Below are positions 16,899-25,556 of a DNA stretch of 42,227 nt, piece after piece. The DNA comes from a virus. Each line of letters starts with the position of its first letter. Positions within the stretch are counted from its first letter, which is position 1. The notes under the pieces were generated by a model. That model saw nothing but the letters and a program-made list of their open reading frames with translations. It was not told the DNA's origin and made no database searches. Position numbers and translations under genes: made by a program. The stretch is taken from the IMG/VR virus record IMGVR_UViG_3300045988_047527; one strand, 5' to 3'.

Positions 16899-17290
16899 AG
16901 ATCAGTGTTGAGGTTTTTAATCCGAAGAAAACCTTCAAGCGCATTTTTTCGGATGATGTCAGGAAATACGCCCATACCCGACTGCACGCCTATTGCTCTC
17001 CCTACGTCCCAATGGACAGTGGTGCACTGGACCAGACGGTAGATATCACCCCTAACTACGTCCACTATAAATCTCCATATGCTCATTTTCAATGGGAGGG
17101 CAAGGTATTTGTAGATGAAAGGGGTAGCACTTACGCAAAACGGAGTACCAGCAAACACGCTACGGATAGACATCTAAAATACTCTCCAGACAAACACCCG
17201 CTTGCGACCTCACACTGGGAACAAGCTGCCATGAAAGCCAAAGGCGGCCAACTGGCGGAGGATATCGAACAGTACATCAAGAGGAAGTGA
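16895..17290 (+). CDS. Neck/tail-completion protein (minor capsid-like), putative
   Basis: Assigned by synteny. Contains PYVPMDSGALDQT, a motif typical of HK97 gp10-like neck proteins. Confidence 0.5.
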   Translation: MKISVEVFNPKKTFKRIFSDDVRKYAHTRLHAYCSPYVPMDSGALDQTVDITPNYVHYKSPYAHFQWEGKVFVDERGSTYAKRSTSKHATDRHLKYSPDKHPLATSHWEQAAMKAKGGQLAEDIEQYIKRK

Positions 17291-17294
17291 CTTT

Positions 17295-17732
17295 ATGGCG
17301 AACAAAAACAAGGAAATTTTAGAATTTCTGGAGCAATGCCCCGCCGTAAAGTCTTTTCTCTATTTCAACAGTTCAACGGACAAAGCTGGACGAGTCAGCG
17401 TCGAAACCGTGTACAGTGATGTATGGGAAAAGAGATTTGTGCGGAACTCTGGCATTAAGGTCTATGAGTTTGCTGTTGTGCAAATGCTTCCGCAGGATCA
17501 GGGGACGAGCGATATCAATGCGGAACAGGCGCAGTCTGTCCAAGACTTTATGGACTGGATCGATGAGCAGAACAGAGCCAAGAACTTCCCCAAATTTCAG
17601 GGGTGTCAAGTTTTGAGTATTGAAAATCTACAAAATATGCCGAATCTGGCGGGCGTAAACGAGGCGGGAACGGTCGCTAAGTATATGTTCCAGGTCAGAG
17701 TGAGGTACTACACAAAAGGAGTGAAAGCATGA
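17295..17732 (+). CDS. Tail-completion protein, putative
   Basis: Assigned by synteny immediately upstream of the major tail gene. 145 aa. Confidence 0.45.
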   Translation: MANKNKEILEFLEQCPAVKSFLYFNSSTDKAGRVSVETVYSDVWEKRFVRNSGIKVYEFAVVQMLPQDQGTSDINAEQAQSVQDFMDWIDEQNRAKNFPKFQGCQVLSIENLQNMPNLAGVNEAGTVAKYMFQVRVRYYTKGVKA

Positions 17733-18223
17733 AAGTATCTGAACTGATGGTCGGATATACGCCCGATGATGAATTTGAAGGGTTTGCCACGAATGATGAC
17801 TGGGTGCTTGCGGTCGGGATCGGAGAGACCACAAGTGAAAAAGACTACACTGTGGTACAGCAGGGTATTGCAGGACTTGACCCGCAGATGAACCCCGTGA
17901 CTCAGGACAAGCAGTACATCCGAACCGGCCTCTCTACTTCCAAAACTGGGACCCAGCGCACCTTTGCGATCACCGGAGACCGGTATATTGGAGATGCGTT
18001 CCAAGATTACTGCTTCGGTATCGGTATTGCCCACGGTGTAGGGCAAAAGGTAGTTGTTCCCTATGTTTATTTCTCTATTCTGACAGGCAAGGGAGAAAAG
18101 GGGACGGTTTCTATTATCGTCAATTCTGACGGCGGTGGAAACGCTGGCGAAAATTCTTCTATTTCCATCGACCTGCGGAGCGTTGGGACCGCACCTACTG
18201 AGTACACCTATTCTGCCGTATAA
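17729..18223 (+). CDS. Major tail protein
   Basis: 164 aa, strong SD AAAGGAG, positioned before the chaperone and tape measure genes. Confidence 0.65.
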   Translation: MKVSELMVGYTPDDEFEGFATNDDWVLAVGIGETTSEKDYTVVQQGIAGLDPQMNPVTQDKQYIRTGLSTSKTGTQRTFAITGDRYIGDAFQDYCFGIGIAHGVGQKVVVPYVYFSILTGKGEKGTVSIIVNSDGGGNAGENSSISIDLRSVGTAPTEYTYSAV

Positions 18224-18235
18224 GGAGAGAGCGAA

Positions 18236-18595
18236 ATGAACTATAAAGTTTCTATTCTCGGAAAGAATTACGATCTTCCTGCGCGGACGTTGGCAGTAGA
18301 TGAAAAAATCGAAGCTGTGGCAAAAATCGACCAGGAATACCGCAGCGGGGAGATCACCCGGCGGGAGGCCGTTCAGAGGCTGCATATGTTCGTTGATGAG
18401 CTTGCCCCTGGCTCTCTCCCTGATGTGGAAGAGGTGGACACCAACGATCTGATGAGGGCTTGTGAGGATATCATTACAGCCTATGATGCTCCGGCGCGAA
18501 AGGCCAGAATTGAAGCGAAGATGGCCGAAGCACGGGAGGCTCTGAATCGGCCCGAGTTACAGAAGCTCCTTGCCCTGTATAATTTGAAGAAATGA
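18236..18595 (+). CDS. Tail assembly chaperone, putative
   Basis: Position between the major tail and tape measure genes. 119 aa, acidic. Confidence 0.55.
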   Translation: MNYKVSILGKNYDLPARTLAVDEKIEAVAKIDQEYRSGEITRREAVQRLHMFVDELAPGSLPDVEEVDTNDLMRACEDIITAYDAPARKARIEAKMAEAREALNRPELQKLLALYNLKK

Positions 18596-19176
18596 GCCTG
18601 TATAGGGAGCCGCCTGAAAGCGTTACGGTCCAAGGAAAAGAATACCCCATTGAGACGGATTTTCGCCGGTGGATCGAGTTTCAGGGGATGCTCGTGGCTA
18701 AAGAGGATGACGTGAAGAAAGCGGAACGGCTCTGCGGATTTATGGAATCCCTGGGCCTTCCGCCCTCTCAAGAATCACTGGAAGCCATGATGGAATTTTA
18801 TTCGGCCGCCTCACAGGAAAAGCCGGGAGCAGGCAAAGCACGGTCCCAGGCATTTGATTTTGAACAGGACAGCGAGTTCATTTTCTCCGCTTTCTGGGAG
18901 TGCTATGGGGTCGATCTGAGCACGGTCAAATTGCATTGGTGGAGATTTAAGGCGCTGTTTAAGTCCTTGCCACAGGACTGTGAGATATGCCGCATCATGG
19001 GATATCGGACAGCTGATATGAAAGATGTCCCAAAGCACCAAAAGCAGTTTTATCGGGAGATGAAAGCGCGGTATGCCTTAAATGGCGGGAATCCCGCATA
19101 CAGGACCGAACAGGACATGAAGGACTATGTTAAAAGACGATACGAAGAAGCAAGAAGGCATATAGGCAAGAGGTGA
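18592..19176 (+). CDS. Gp15-family (A118-like) tail-assembly protein
   Basis: The N-terminus VTVQGKEYPIETDFRRWIEF resembles the bacteriophage Gp15 family. Lies directly upstream of the tape measure gene. Confidence 0.55.
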   Translation: MSLYREPPESVTVQGKEYPIETDFRRWIEFQGMLVAKEDDVKKAERLCGFMESLGLPPSQESLEAMMEFYSAASQEKPGAGKARSQAFDFEQDSEFIFSAFWECYGVDLSTVKLHWWRFKALFKSLPQDCEICRIMGYRTADMKDVPKHQKQFYREMKARYALNGGNPAYRTEQDMKDYVKRRYEEARRHIGKR

Positions 19177-19181
19177 GATAG

Positions 19182-21065
19182 TTGCCAAATGATGGGACTG
19201 TAAAGCTGGGCGTAGAGTTTAACAGTGATGATGTAAAAAAAGCGTTTGAAGGCCTGAAGCGTGAAGCTAGAGAAGTTGAAAGATCATTAAAAGAAGTAAA
19301 CAAAGCCCTCAAACTAGACCCTGGCAATACGGAACTAATTACAGAAAAGCAGAAATTACTTAGCTCAGCTATTGAAAACTCCAAAAAGCAAATATCTCTT
19401 CTTGCCAGCGAAATGCAGGAAACCGGCTCTTCTGAAATTGTGGAAAAGGATGCTGACGCATATCAAAGCCTAACTCGCACGCTATCTAGGACAGTAAGCC
19501 AGTTAAAGGGATATGAGAATCAACTTAATGATTTAGCAACGCAATCAGAAGCGGCAAGGGCGTCTATTCAAAATTCTTCTGGAGCTGCGGTAGAGCTATC
19601 CAATGAATTTCAGCAGGCAGAAAGAAACGCTGATGATCTTGAAGAAACGCTGGGAAGGATATCTGATGCTGCAAGATCCGCCCTCGATGGATTCCAGCAA
19701 GCAGAAAACGGGGCTGAGAGCCTTGAAGATGATCTTCAAGACGTTGCGGATGCGGCGGATAAAGCAGAAAAAGAACTGAATGACGTTGGAAATTCTACAG
19801 GTAGCGCAGGAGACGGTTTTACAGTCGCAAAAGGGGCTGCTGCTACTTTTGCTGGAACTCTTCTGACCGAAGTTGTGGATGCGGCACTTCAAGTCGCAGA
19901 AGCAATTTGGGACATGGATGAAGCCACCGAAGAGTATCGAGAGGCAATGGGACGCCTTAACACCGCATTTGAAACGGCTGGATTCAACGCAGAGATAGCG
20001 GATGAGGCGTACAGGGGATTTTATGAAATCCTTGGGGATACAGGGCAGGCAACAGAAGCCGCTCAGCTCTTGGCGCAACTGGCCACCAATGAGGAAGACG
20101 TTGCGAAATGGGTGGAAATTGCTGCTGGCGTATATGGTAAATTTGGCGAATCTCTCCCCATTGAATCCTTAATTGAGGCCGCAAATGAAACCGCAAAAAC
20201 TGGAGAAGTAACAGGCGCACTCGCTGACGCTTTGAATTGGGTCGGCATCAGTGAAGATGAGGTATCGGAGCAGCTTGCTAATATCAGCACCGAAACAGAT
20301 AGGGCTAGATACCTCATGGATCTGCTCTCTAGGACCTATAGCGATGCAGCAGAAAGTTTTTATGAAAACAATGAGGCAATAATTGCCTCAAGAGATGCCC
20401 AGGCGGATCTTGACGAGTCTCTTGGTGTTTTGGGCCAATCTGTTGCAGACTTAAAAGTGGCTCTAATAGATACCTTTGGACCAGCGTTAGGAGATCTCGC
20501 AAAAGGAGCGGCTGGATTCATCGATGGTATAGCGGGTGCTGTTAATACACTAGGAGATTGGTTTGATTGGCTGGGAGGAAAAGTCAAGGACTTCTTTTCC
20601 TTATTTGGAGGTAAAACAGGATTTAGCGGAGAAAGAGGCTCTGGTTTCGGCGGTGGCTCTTCCCGAATAAATAATGCCCCCCAAGTAGCCACCATGAGTG
20701 TTTCGGATGTGGGGGATGTTGCGGATGGTATTAGCGCAACTGCCTCCAAACAGGCTGCAATACCGGAGATAGCTAGCTTCCTCCGCACCAAATCGAGAGA
20801 TGCAGTGATTTCAGACATTGCAAATTGGATTCCGAGCGCGGCTCAGCGGGTAGAATCAATGAACTCCATGATGGTCCCCGCCTCCGTCTCAGCATCGGTT
20901 CCCCGGTCCCAGAGCGAACAGACCGAAAGCGGATCGGGCCGGACCGGCGGTGGGGAGCAGAGAGTAAAGTTGGATATCGGGTTTTATCCCAGAGAGGCGG
21001 CAAAGTTCCTCCGACCGTATATGAGGGGCGAAGACAAGCGCACAGGAGAAGATCTGGTGGAGTGA
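19182..21065 (+). CDS. Tape measure protein
   Basis: 627 aa, TTG start after GAGGTGA. Long helical/coiled-coil sequence with a Gly-rich C-terminal part. Canonical position. Confidence 0.8.
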   Translation: MPNDGTVKLGVEFNSDDVKKAFEGLKREAREVERSLKEVNKALKLDPGNTELITEKQKLLSSAIENSKKQISLLASEMQETGSSEIVEKDADAYQSLTRTLSRTVSQLKGYENQLNDLATQSEAARASIQNSSGAAVELSNEFQQAERNADDLEETLGRISDAARSALDGFQQAENGAESLEDDLQDVADAADKAEKELNDVGNSTGSAGDGFTVAKGAAATFAGTLLTEVVDAALQVAEAIWDMDEATEEYREAMGRLNTAFETAGFNAEIADEAYRGFYEILGDTGQATEAAQLLAQLATNEEDVAKWVEIAAGVYGKFGESLPIESLIEAANETAKTGEVTGALADALNWVGISEDEVSEQLANISTETDRARYLMDLLSRTYSDAAESFYENNEAIIASRDAQADLDESLGVLGQSVADLKVALIDTFGPALGDLAKGAAGFIDGIAGAVNTLGDWFDWLGGKVKDFFSLFGGKTGFSGERGSGFGGGSSRINNAPQVATMSVSDVGDVADGISATASKQAAIPEIASFLRTKSRDAVISDIANWIPSAAQRVESMNSMMVPASVSASVPRSQSEQTESGSGRTGGGEQRVKLDIGFYPREAAKFLRPYMRGEDKRTGEDLVE

Positions 21066-21072
21066 GACAATA

Positions 21073-21459
21073 ATGAGCTATATCTTTACATTGGATGGGA
21101 CTGGGTACAACGTTGGAGTAGAATCCATTTCCAGAAAAGCGAGAATTGCAGACGGCCAAAATTCAGATGATGCACTCTCAGGATACCATTGGCGCGATTT
21201 ACAAGGGACTTTTTACGACTATACAATGCAGATCTCTTCGGATGGAATGAGTAGGGAGGAATATGATTCTTTCTACGAAGCACTTACGTCCCCTGTTGAC
21301 AGCCATGCCGTAGTGGTTCCGTATGGACAAACCACGTTATCGTATGAGGCATATATCGAAATAGTGGAAGATGAAGTGGAGTATATGGATGATGGAACAT
21401 GCTGGGGAGGGCTGACCGTCACATTTTACGCCAGAGAGCCAAAGAAGGTGCCCACATGA
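21073..21459 (+). CDS. Distal tail protein-like, putative
   Basis: 128 aa immediately after the tape measure gene. ATGA-coupled to the next tail gene. Confidence 0.45.
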   Translation: MSYIFTLDGTGYNVGVESISRKARIADGQNSDDALSGYHWRDLQGTFYDYTMQISSDGMSREEYDSFYEALTSPVDSHAVVVPYGQTTLSYEAYIEIVEDEVEYMDDGTCWGGLTVTFYAREPKKVPT

Positions 21460-23705
21460 ATCAGATTCTTTACAACGGAAAACTATATTCGTCAAAGGAC
21501 ATCTTTTCCGGTAATGTTGGGATCTCCATGTCTCTAAAATCCTCGTCTTTGGAAGCGAATACCCTTTCCGCAGAGGTAAGGGATTCTGGAAATACATTTT
21601 CTAATTTTGCCAGAAACACTCCTCTTAAGTGGCTGTATGATGGGCTGCAAAAAGGTATTTTTTACCTTCAAGAGGTAGAGCGTATAGGCCCTGCACGTTA
21701 CAGCATGTACGCAACCTCGGCCATCGGAATCCTGACTGAAGGAATCCACTACGGGGGGATCTACAACGGGCAGACAGCTCAAACGGTGATCTCTGACATC
21801 TGTGGAACCATTCCTTTTTCGATTCAGAACAAATATAAGGATATCAAACTTTACGGGTGGCTCCCGGTATCTACACCAAGAGACAATCTGGTTCAAGTGC
21901 TTATAGCAATAGGTGCCTGGGTAAAAACGGATCTAAATGGGGTTTTGCGGATTGAAGGACTTTGGGACGGAATATCAGAGAACATCAATCAAGATTATCT
22001 CCTTAAAGGTTCAAAGATTTCGAAAACAGCAAAAATTACCCAGGTAGTGGTTACTGAGCATCAATATGTAGAGGGAGGAGAACAGACAAGTCTATTTGAA
22101 GGTGTCACAGCACAAGGAGATATTATTACATTTAGAGATCCCATGTATAGTTTATCGGCTCAAGGCTTCTCGATCCTCGAAAGAGGGAGCAACTATGCGA
22201 AATTATCAGGTGGGTCTGGAAAGCTTACAGGTCGAGCATACATCCATAATACACGAGAGATCGTGCGAGATGTAGCGGCGGCAGAAGAAGAGAATGTTAA
22301 GAGGGTAAAAAATGCGACCCTGGTATCACTTGTGAACTCTGCTTCAGTTGCAGACCGACTTGTAAACTACTTCAAATGGACGGAGACAATAGATTCCCCC
22401 GTAATATATCAAGGAGAAAGTTGCGGGGATTGTGTTACTGCATGGCATCCATACGAAAAAAAGAATGTCTCCGCTTGCCTGGAGTCTGCGGATATTGATT
22501 TTTCAAACACACTAAAGGCAACGGAAAAACTTCTGATTGGTTTTGCTCCTCCCCAATTCGAACAGAATCAAACATACGATAAACACGAAATTCTCACAGG
22601 CTCTGGGACCTTTACCTTCCCGGAAGGAACTACCTCAGCAAGAGCTGTATTGATTGGCGCGGGTGGTGCTGGTTTTGATGGGAGCCCGGGTGGAGATTCG
22701 ACCGAGACCTGGGAAGACGAAGAGATCAAGACGACCAGGATCAACCTGACTGCCCCCACCACCTCGGCAAGCGACTCCAGCAATGTGAGCAACAGAGGAG
22801 CGGGAACGCCCGGGAACGGAGGAGCAGGAGGTGCCGCCGGAACACCGGGAAAGGTGTATGAGGTGACATTCAGCCCAAGTAGTGGGTCCAGGATATCGTA
22901 TGCGTGTGGAGTCAAAGGCACTTCAAATGGAGCCCTCGGTGGAGCAACTACTTTCGGAAGTTATTCATCGAACAGTGGCAGCACGAGCTCTGCTGGCTAT
23001 ACGGACATCATAACCGGAATCACATACGCTAAGAGCGGTGACAGCGGAGCAGACGGCGGAAAAGGCGGTTCGGGTGCTGATGGCGAGAGTGTTGGCGACG
23101 TGTCAGGAGGAAAACAGGAACCTTCTGGCTCGGCAACCAGAAGCGATTCTGATACACAACGTGCTTCAAGTTCAAATATGTATATGGACATTGACGCGAC
23201 CGCAAATTTCTCCCTGGGAGCCGCCGGCGGAGGCGGGGCTGGAGGAAACTCCGGCAGCAATTCTGGAACTCCTGGGGGTGATGCAGAAGTCGGAAGTGTG
23301 CGCTTAAGCATCACAACAGGATACATAAACGCATTTGTGTACCCAAACAAGGGTGGAACGGGTGGAGACGGTGCGGATGGGGCTGATGCATCCGTCTATG
23401 GATGCTCTGGTTCTGGTGCCGGAGGAGGCGGCGGGGCCGGAGGGGATAGCTCTGCATCTTCAAATGTCTCAGCGCAGTATTACGTCTATAACATCACGAC
23501 TCAAACTAGAACTGATTTCAGTATCAACAATAATGCTGGCGGTGCCGCTGTTAGAAAAGGCGGAGCCGGTGGCAAAGGTGGAGCTGGCGCGGACGGCTGC
23601 ATCATCCTGTATTACGGCGTTACGACTCCGGTCCAGGACGGCCAGCTCAAGGACAAAAACGGCCTGATGCTGCTGGACAAGTACGGCAGACGGCTCATTG
23701 TATAG
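21456..23705 (+). CDS. Tail-tip/baseplate protein with glycine-rich C-terminal half
   Basis: 749 aa from ATG 21456. The N-terminal half resembles phage tail (Tal/endopeptidase-tail-like) proteins. The C-terminal half has many GGAGG / GxGGxG / GADG runs. Confidence 0.65.
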   Translation: MNQILYNGKLYSSKDIFSGNVGISMSLKSSSLEANTLSAEVRDSGNTFSNFARNTPLKWLYDGLQKGIFYLQEVERIGPARYSMYATSAIGILTEGIHYGGIYNGQTAQTVISDICGTIPFSIQNKYKDIKLYGWLPVSTPRDNLVQVLIAIGAWVKTDLNGVLRIEGLWDGISENINQDYLLKGSKISKTAKITQVVVTEHQYVEGGEQTSLFEGVTAQGDIITFRDPMYSLSAQGFSILERGSNYAKLSGGSGKLTGRAYIHNTREIVRDVAAAEEENVKRVKNATLVSLVNSASVADRLVNYFKWTETIDSPVIYQGESCGDCVTAWHPYEKKNVSACLESADIDFSNTLKATEKLLIGFAPPQFEQNQTYDKHEILTGSGTFTFPEGTTSARAVLIGAGGAGFDGSPGGDSTETWEDEEIKTTRINLTAPTTSASDSSNVSNRGAGTPGNGGAGGAAGTPGKVYEVTFSPSSGSRISYACGVKGTSNGALGGATTFGSYSSNSGSTSSAGYTDIITGITYAKSGDSGADGGKGGSGADGESVGDVSGGKQEPSGSATRSDSDTQRASSSNMYMDIDATANFSLGAAGGGGAGGNSGSNSGTPGGDAEVGSVRLSITTGYINAFVYPNKGGTGGDGADGADASVYGCSGSGAGGGGGAGGDSSASSNVSAQYYVYNITTQTRTDFSINNNAGGAAVRKGGAGGKGGAGADGCIILYYGVTTPVQDGQLKDKNGLMLLDKYGRRLIV

Positions 23706-23715
23706 GAGGGTAGAC

Positions 23716-23889
23716 ATGGCAACGATAGACGAACTGGATGCCCAGGTGGCACAGCTCAGGGCGGAAGTGGAGCAGCTGCGGGGGCAGATCGCCAGTGCGG
23801 GAGTCAATGCTCTGGCTGCGGCTCCCTCTGGCTATTACATGCTCAAATACAGCGGCGAAGAGATAGACACGAAACTAGGCAAGATTTGA
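23716..23889 (+). CDS. Small coiled-coil protein
   Basis: SD AGGAGGG before ATG 23716. Contains [21 protein letters not shown]. 57 aa. Confidence 0.45.
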   Translation: MATIDELDAQVAQLRAEVEQLRGQIASAGVNALAAAPSGYYMLKYSGEEIDTKLGKI

Positions 23890-25556
23890 TGGAGGTGATC
23901 GCTGTGCTCTATATGCAGGACTGGCATATTTGTGTCCCGGCAGATTTTTCGCTGGGGTTTGAGGGGGACAACAATGCCGTTACCCTGGAGATCAGCACAG
24001 ATCTGCCGGAAGGCTGGGACCTGAAGGTCGATGTGGCAAAAGATGGAGAGAAAAACATCATCCAGCTCAACCGCAGAGATAACGTCTACTATGCACTCCT
24101 CACCTCCTCCATGCTGGCGGATGATGGGGTCTACGAGATGCAGGTGCGGGGGACATTGGGAGATCAGGTCCGGCACAGCAATATTTTCCTATCCCATGTG
24201 CATAACTCCATCAACGCCACAGACGCCTTCCCCCCTCCCCTGCCCTCTGAATTTGAGCAAATGGAGGACAGGCTCACCAGCATCAACAATAATCCGCCCC
24301 AGCCCGGCGAGAATGGATACTGGCTGGTCTGGGACCCTGATGACATGGAGTACAAGGAGTCTGATATCCCTCTCCCCGCGGAAGGTGGGACTGTTGGGAT
24401 TACAGATTACAATAAGCTCAAAAACAGGCCCAGCATCAACGGCGTAGAACTGATCGGAAATAAAACATCAGACGAGCTCAAAATACCGGCAGGAGAAAAG
24501 GGCGAGAAGGGCGACCCCGGTCCAGAGGGGCCGGCTGGACCAAAGGGGGACCCGGGACCGACCGGACCGCAAGGCCCAGAGGGGCCAGTTGGCCTACAAG
24601 GGCCGAAGGGAGATACCGGCGAACAAGGCCCGGCCGGCGAGCAGGGACCTCCGGGAGAGCGTGGACCGGAAGGCCCCCAGGGTCCGAAAGGCGACCAGGG
24701 CGAGCAGGGAAAGCAAGGACCTAAAGGAGACCAGGGAGAACCCGGCCCGCAGGGACCCGCCGGAATAGACGGGACCTCATTTGTAGTGAGAGACCGCTTT
24801 GATACCCTGGAGGAACTGAAATCCGCCCACCCCATTGGTGAGCCTGGGGATGCTTATGCCGTGGGCTCGGAAGATGACAACACGATCTACATCTGGTCGG
24901 AAGACCTGATGAACTGGAAGAGCATCGGCAAGCTCCAGGGGCCAGCGGGACCGCAGGGCCCGAAGGGAGAGCAAGGACCAAAGGGAGAGCCCGGGGAACA
25001 AGGAGAGATCGGCCCGAAAGGCGATACAGGCCCCGCCGGTCCGCAGGGCGAGCAGGGTCCTAAAGGCGATAAGGGAGAGCCTGGGGAGACAGGTCCAAAA
25101 GGAGATGTGGGCCCAGAGGGGCCGCGAGGCCAGCAAGGCATCCAGGGCCCTCCCGGTGAGAAGGGAGACACTGGCGACCAGGGTCCAAAGGGAGATCAAG
25201 GAGAGCAAGGACCTGAAGGGCCTGCTGGAGCTCAGGGGCCCATTGGGCCAGAAGGTCCCAGAGGGGAACAGGGCCCACAAGGGGAGCCCGGTCCGAAAGC
25301 AGAGCCGTTTTCGGTGACCCTTACGGGATCTGGATGGGCTGAAAACGAGCAAACGGTGAGCCACGATAAGATTTTAACGGGTGCTTATTCCTACATCGTA
25401 TGTCCGGCTGAAGGATCATATATGGCTTATGCCACAGCTATTGTGAGGGCAAAGGATGTGGGCACAAACGGACAAATGACCTTTGTGTGTACGGAGACAC
25501 CCGAAGCGGACCTTGTGGTAAATATCCTTAGAGTGGAGGCGCAAGATGGTATTTAA
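23886..25556 (+). CDS. Collagen-like triple-helix repeat tail fibre protein (start uncertain: ATG 23886, GTG 23904 or ATG 23913)
   Basis: Two uninterrupted Gly-X-Y blocks: about 31 triplets at 24492-24770 and about 40 triplets at 24939-25298. An N-terminal globular domain carries the [14 protein letters not shown] motif common in fibre proteins. Confidence 0.85.
   Translation: MMEVIAVLYMQDWHICVPADFSLGFEGDNNAVTLEISTDLPEGWDLKVDVAKDGEKNIIQLNRRDNVYYALLTSSMLADDGVYEMQVRGTLGDQVRHSNIFLSHVHNSINATDAFPPPLPSEFEQMEDRLTSINNNPPQPGENGYWLVWDPDDMEYKESDIPLPAEGGTVGITDYNKLKNRPSINGVELIGNKTSDELKIPAGEKGEKGDPGPEGPAGPKGDPGPTGPQGPEGPVGLQGPKGDTGEQGPAGEQGPPGERGPEGPQGPKGDQGEQGKQGPKGDQGEPGPQGPAGIDGTSFVVRDRFDTLEELKSAHPIGEPGDAYAVGSEDDNTIYIWSEDLMNWKSIGKLQGPAGPQGPKGEQGPKGEPGEQGEIGPKGDTGPAGPQGEQGPKGDKGEPGETGPKGDVGPEGPRGQQGIQGPPGEKGDTGDQGPKGDQGEQGPEGPAGAQGPIGPEGPRGEQGPQGEPGPKAEPFSVTLTGSGWAENEQTVSHDKILTGAYSYIVCPAEGSYMAYATAIVRAKDVGTNGQMTFVCTETPEADLVVNILRVEAQDGI

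Noticed and set aside
18236-19176. A programmed -1 frameshift (G/GT type) between the tail chaperone ORF and the following ORF.
   Set aside because: The second ORF has its own ATG overlapping the first stop (ATGA). I saw no heptanucleotide slippery site near the end of the first ORF. The second product looks like an independent Gp15-family protein.
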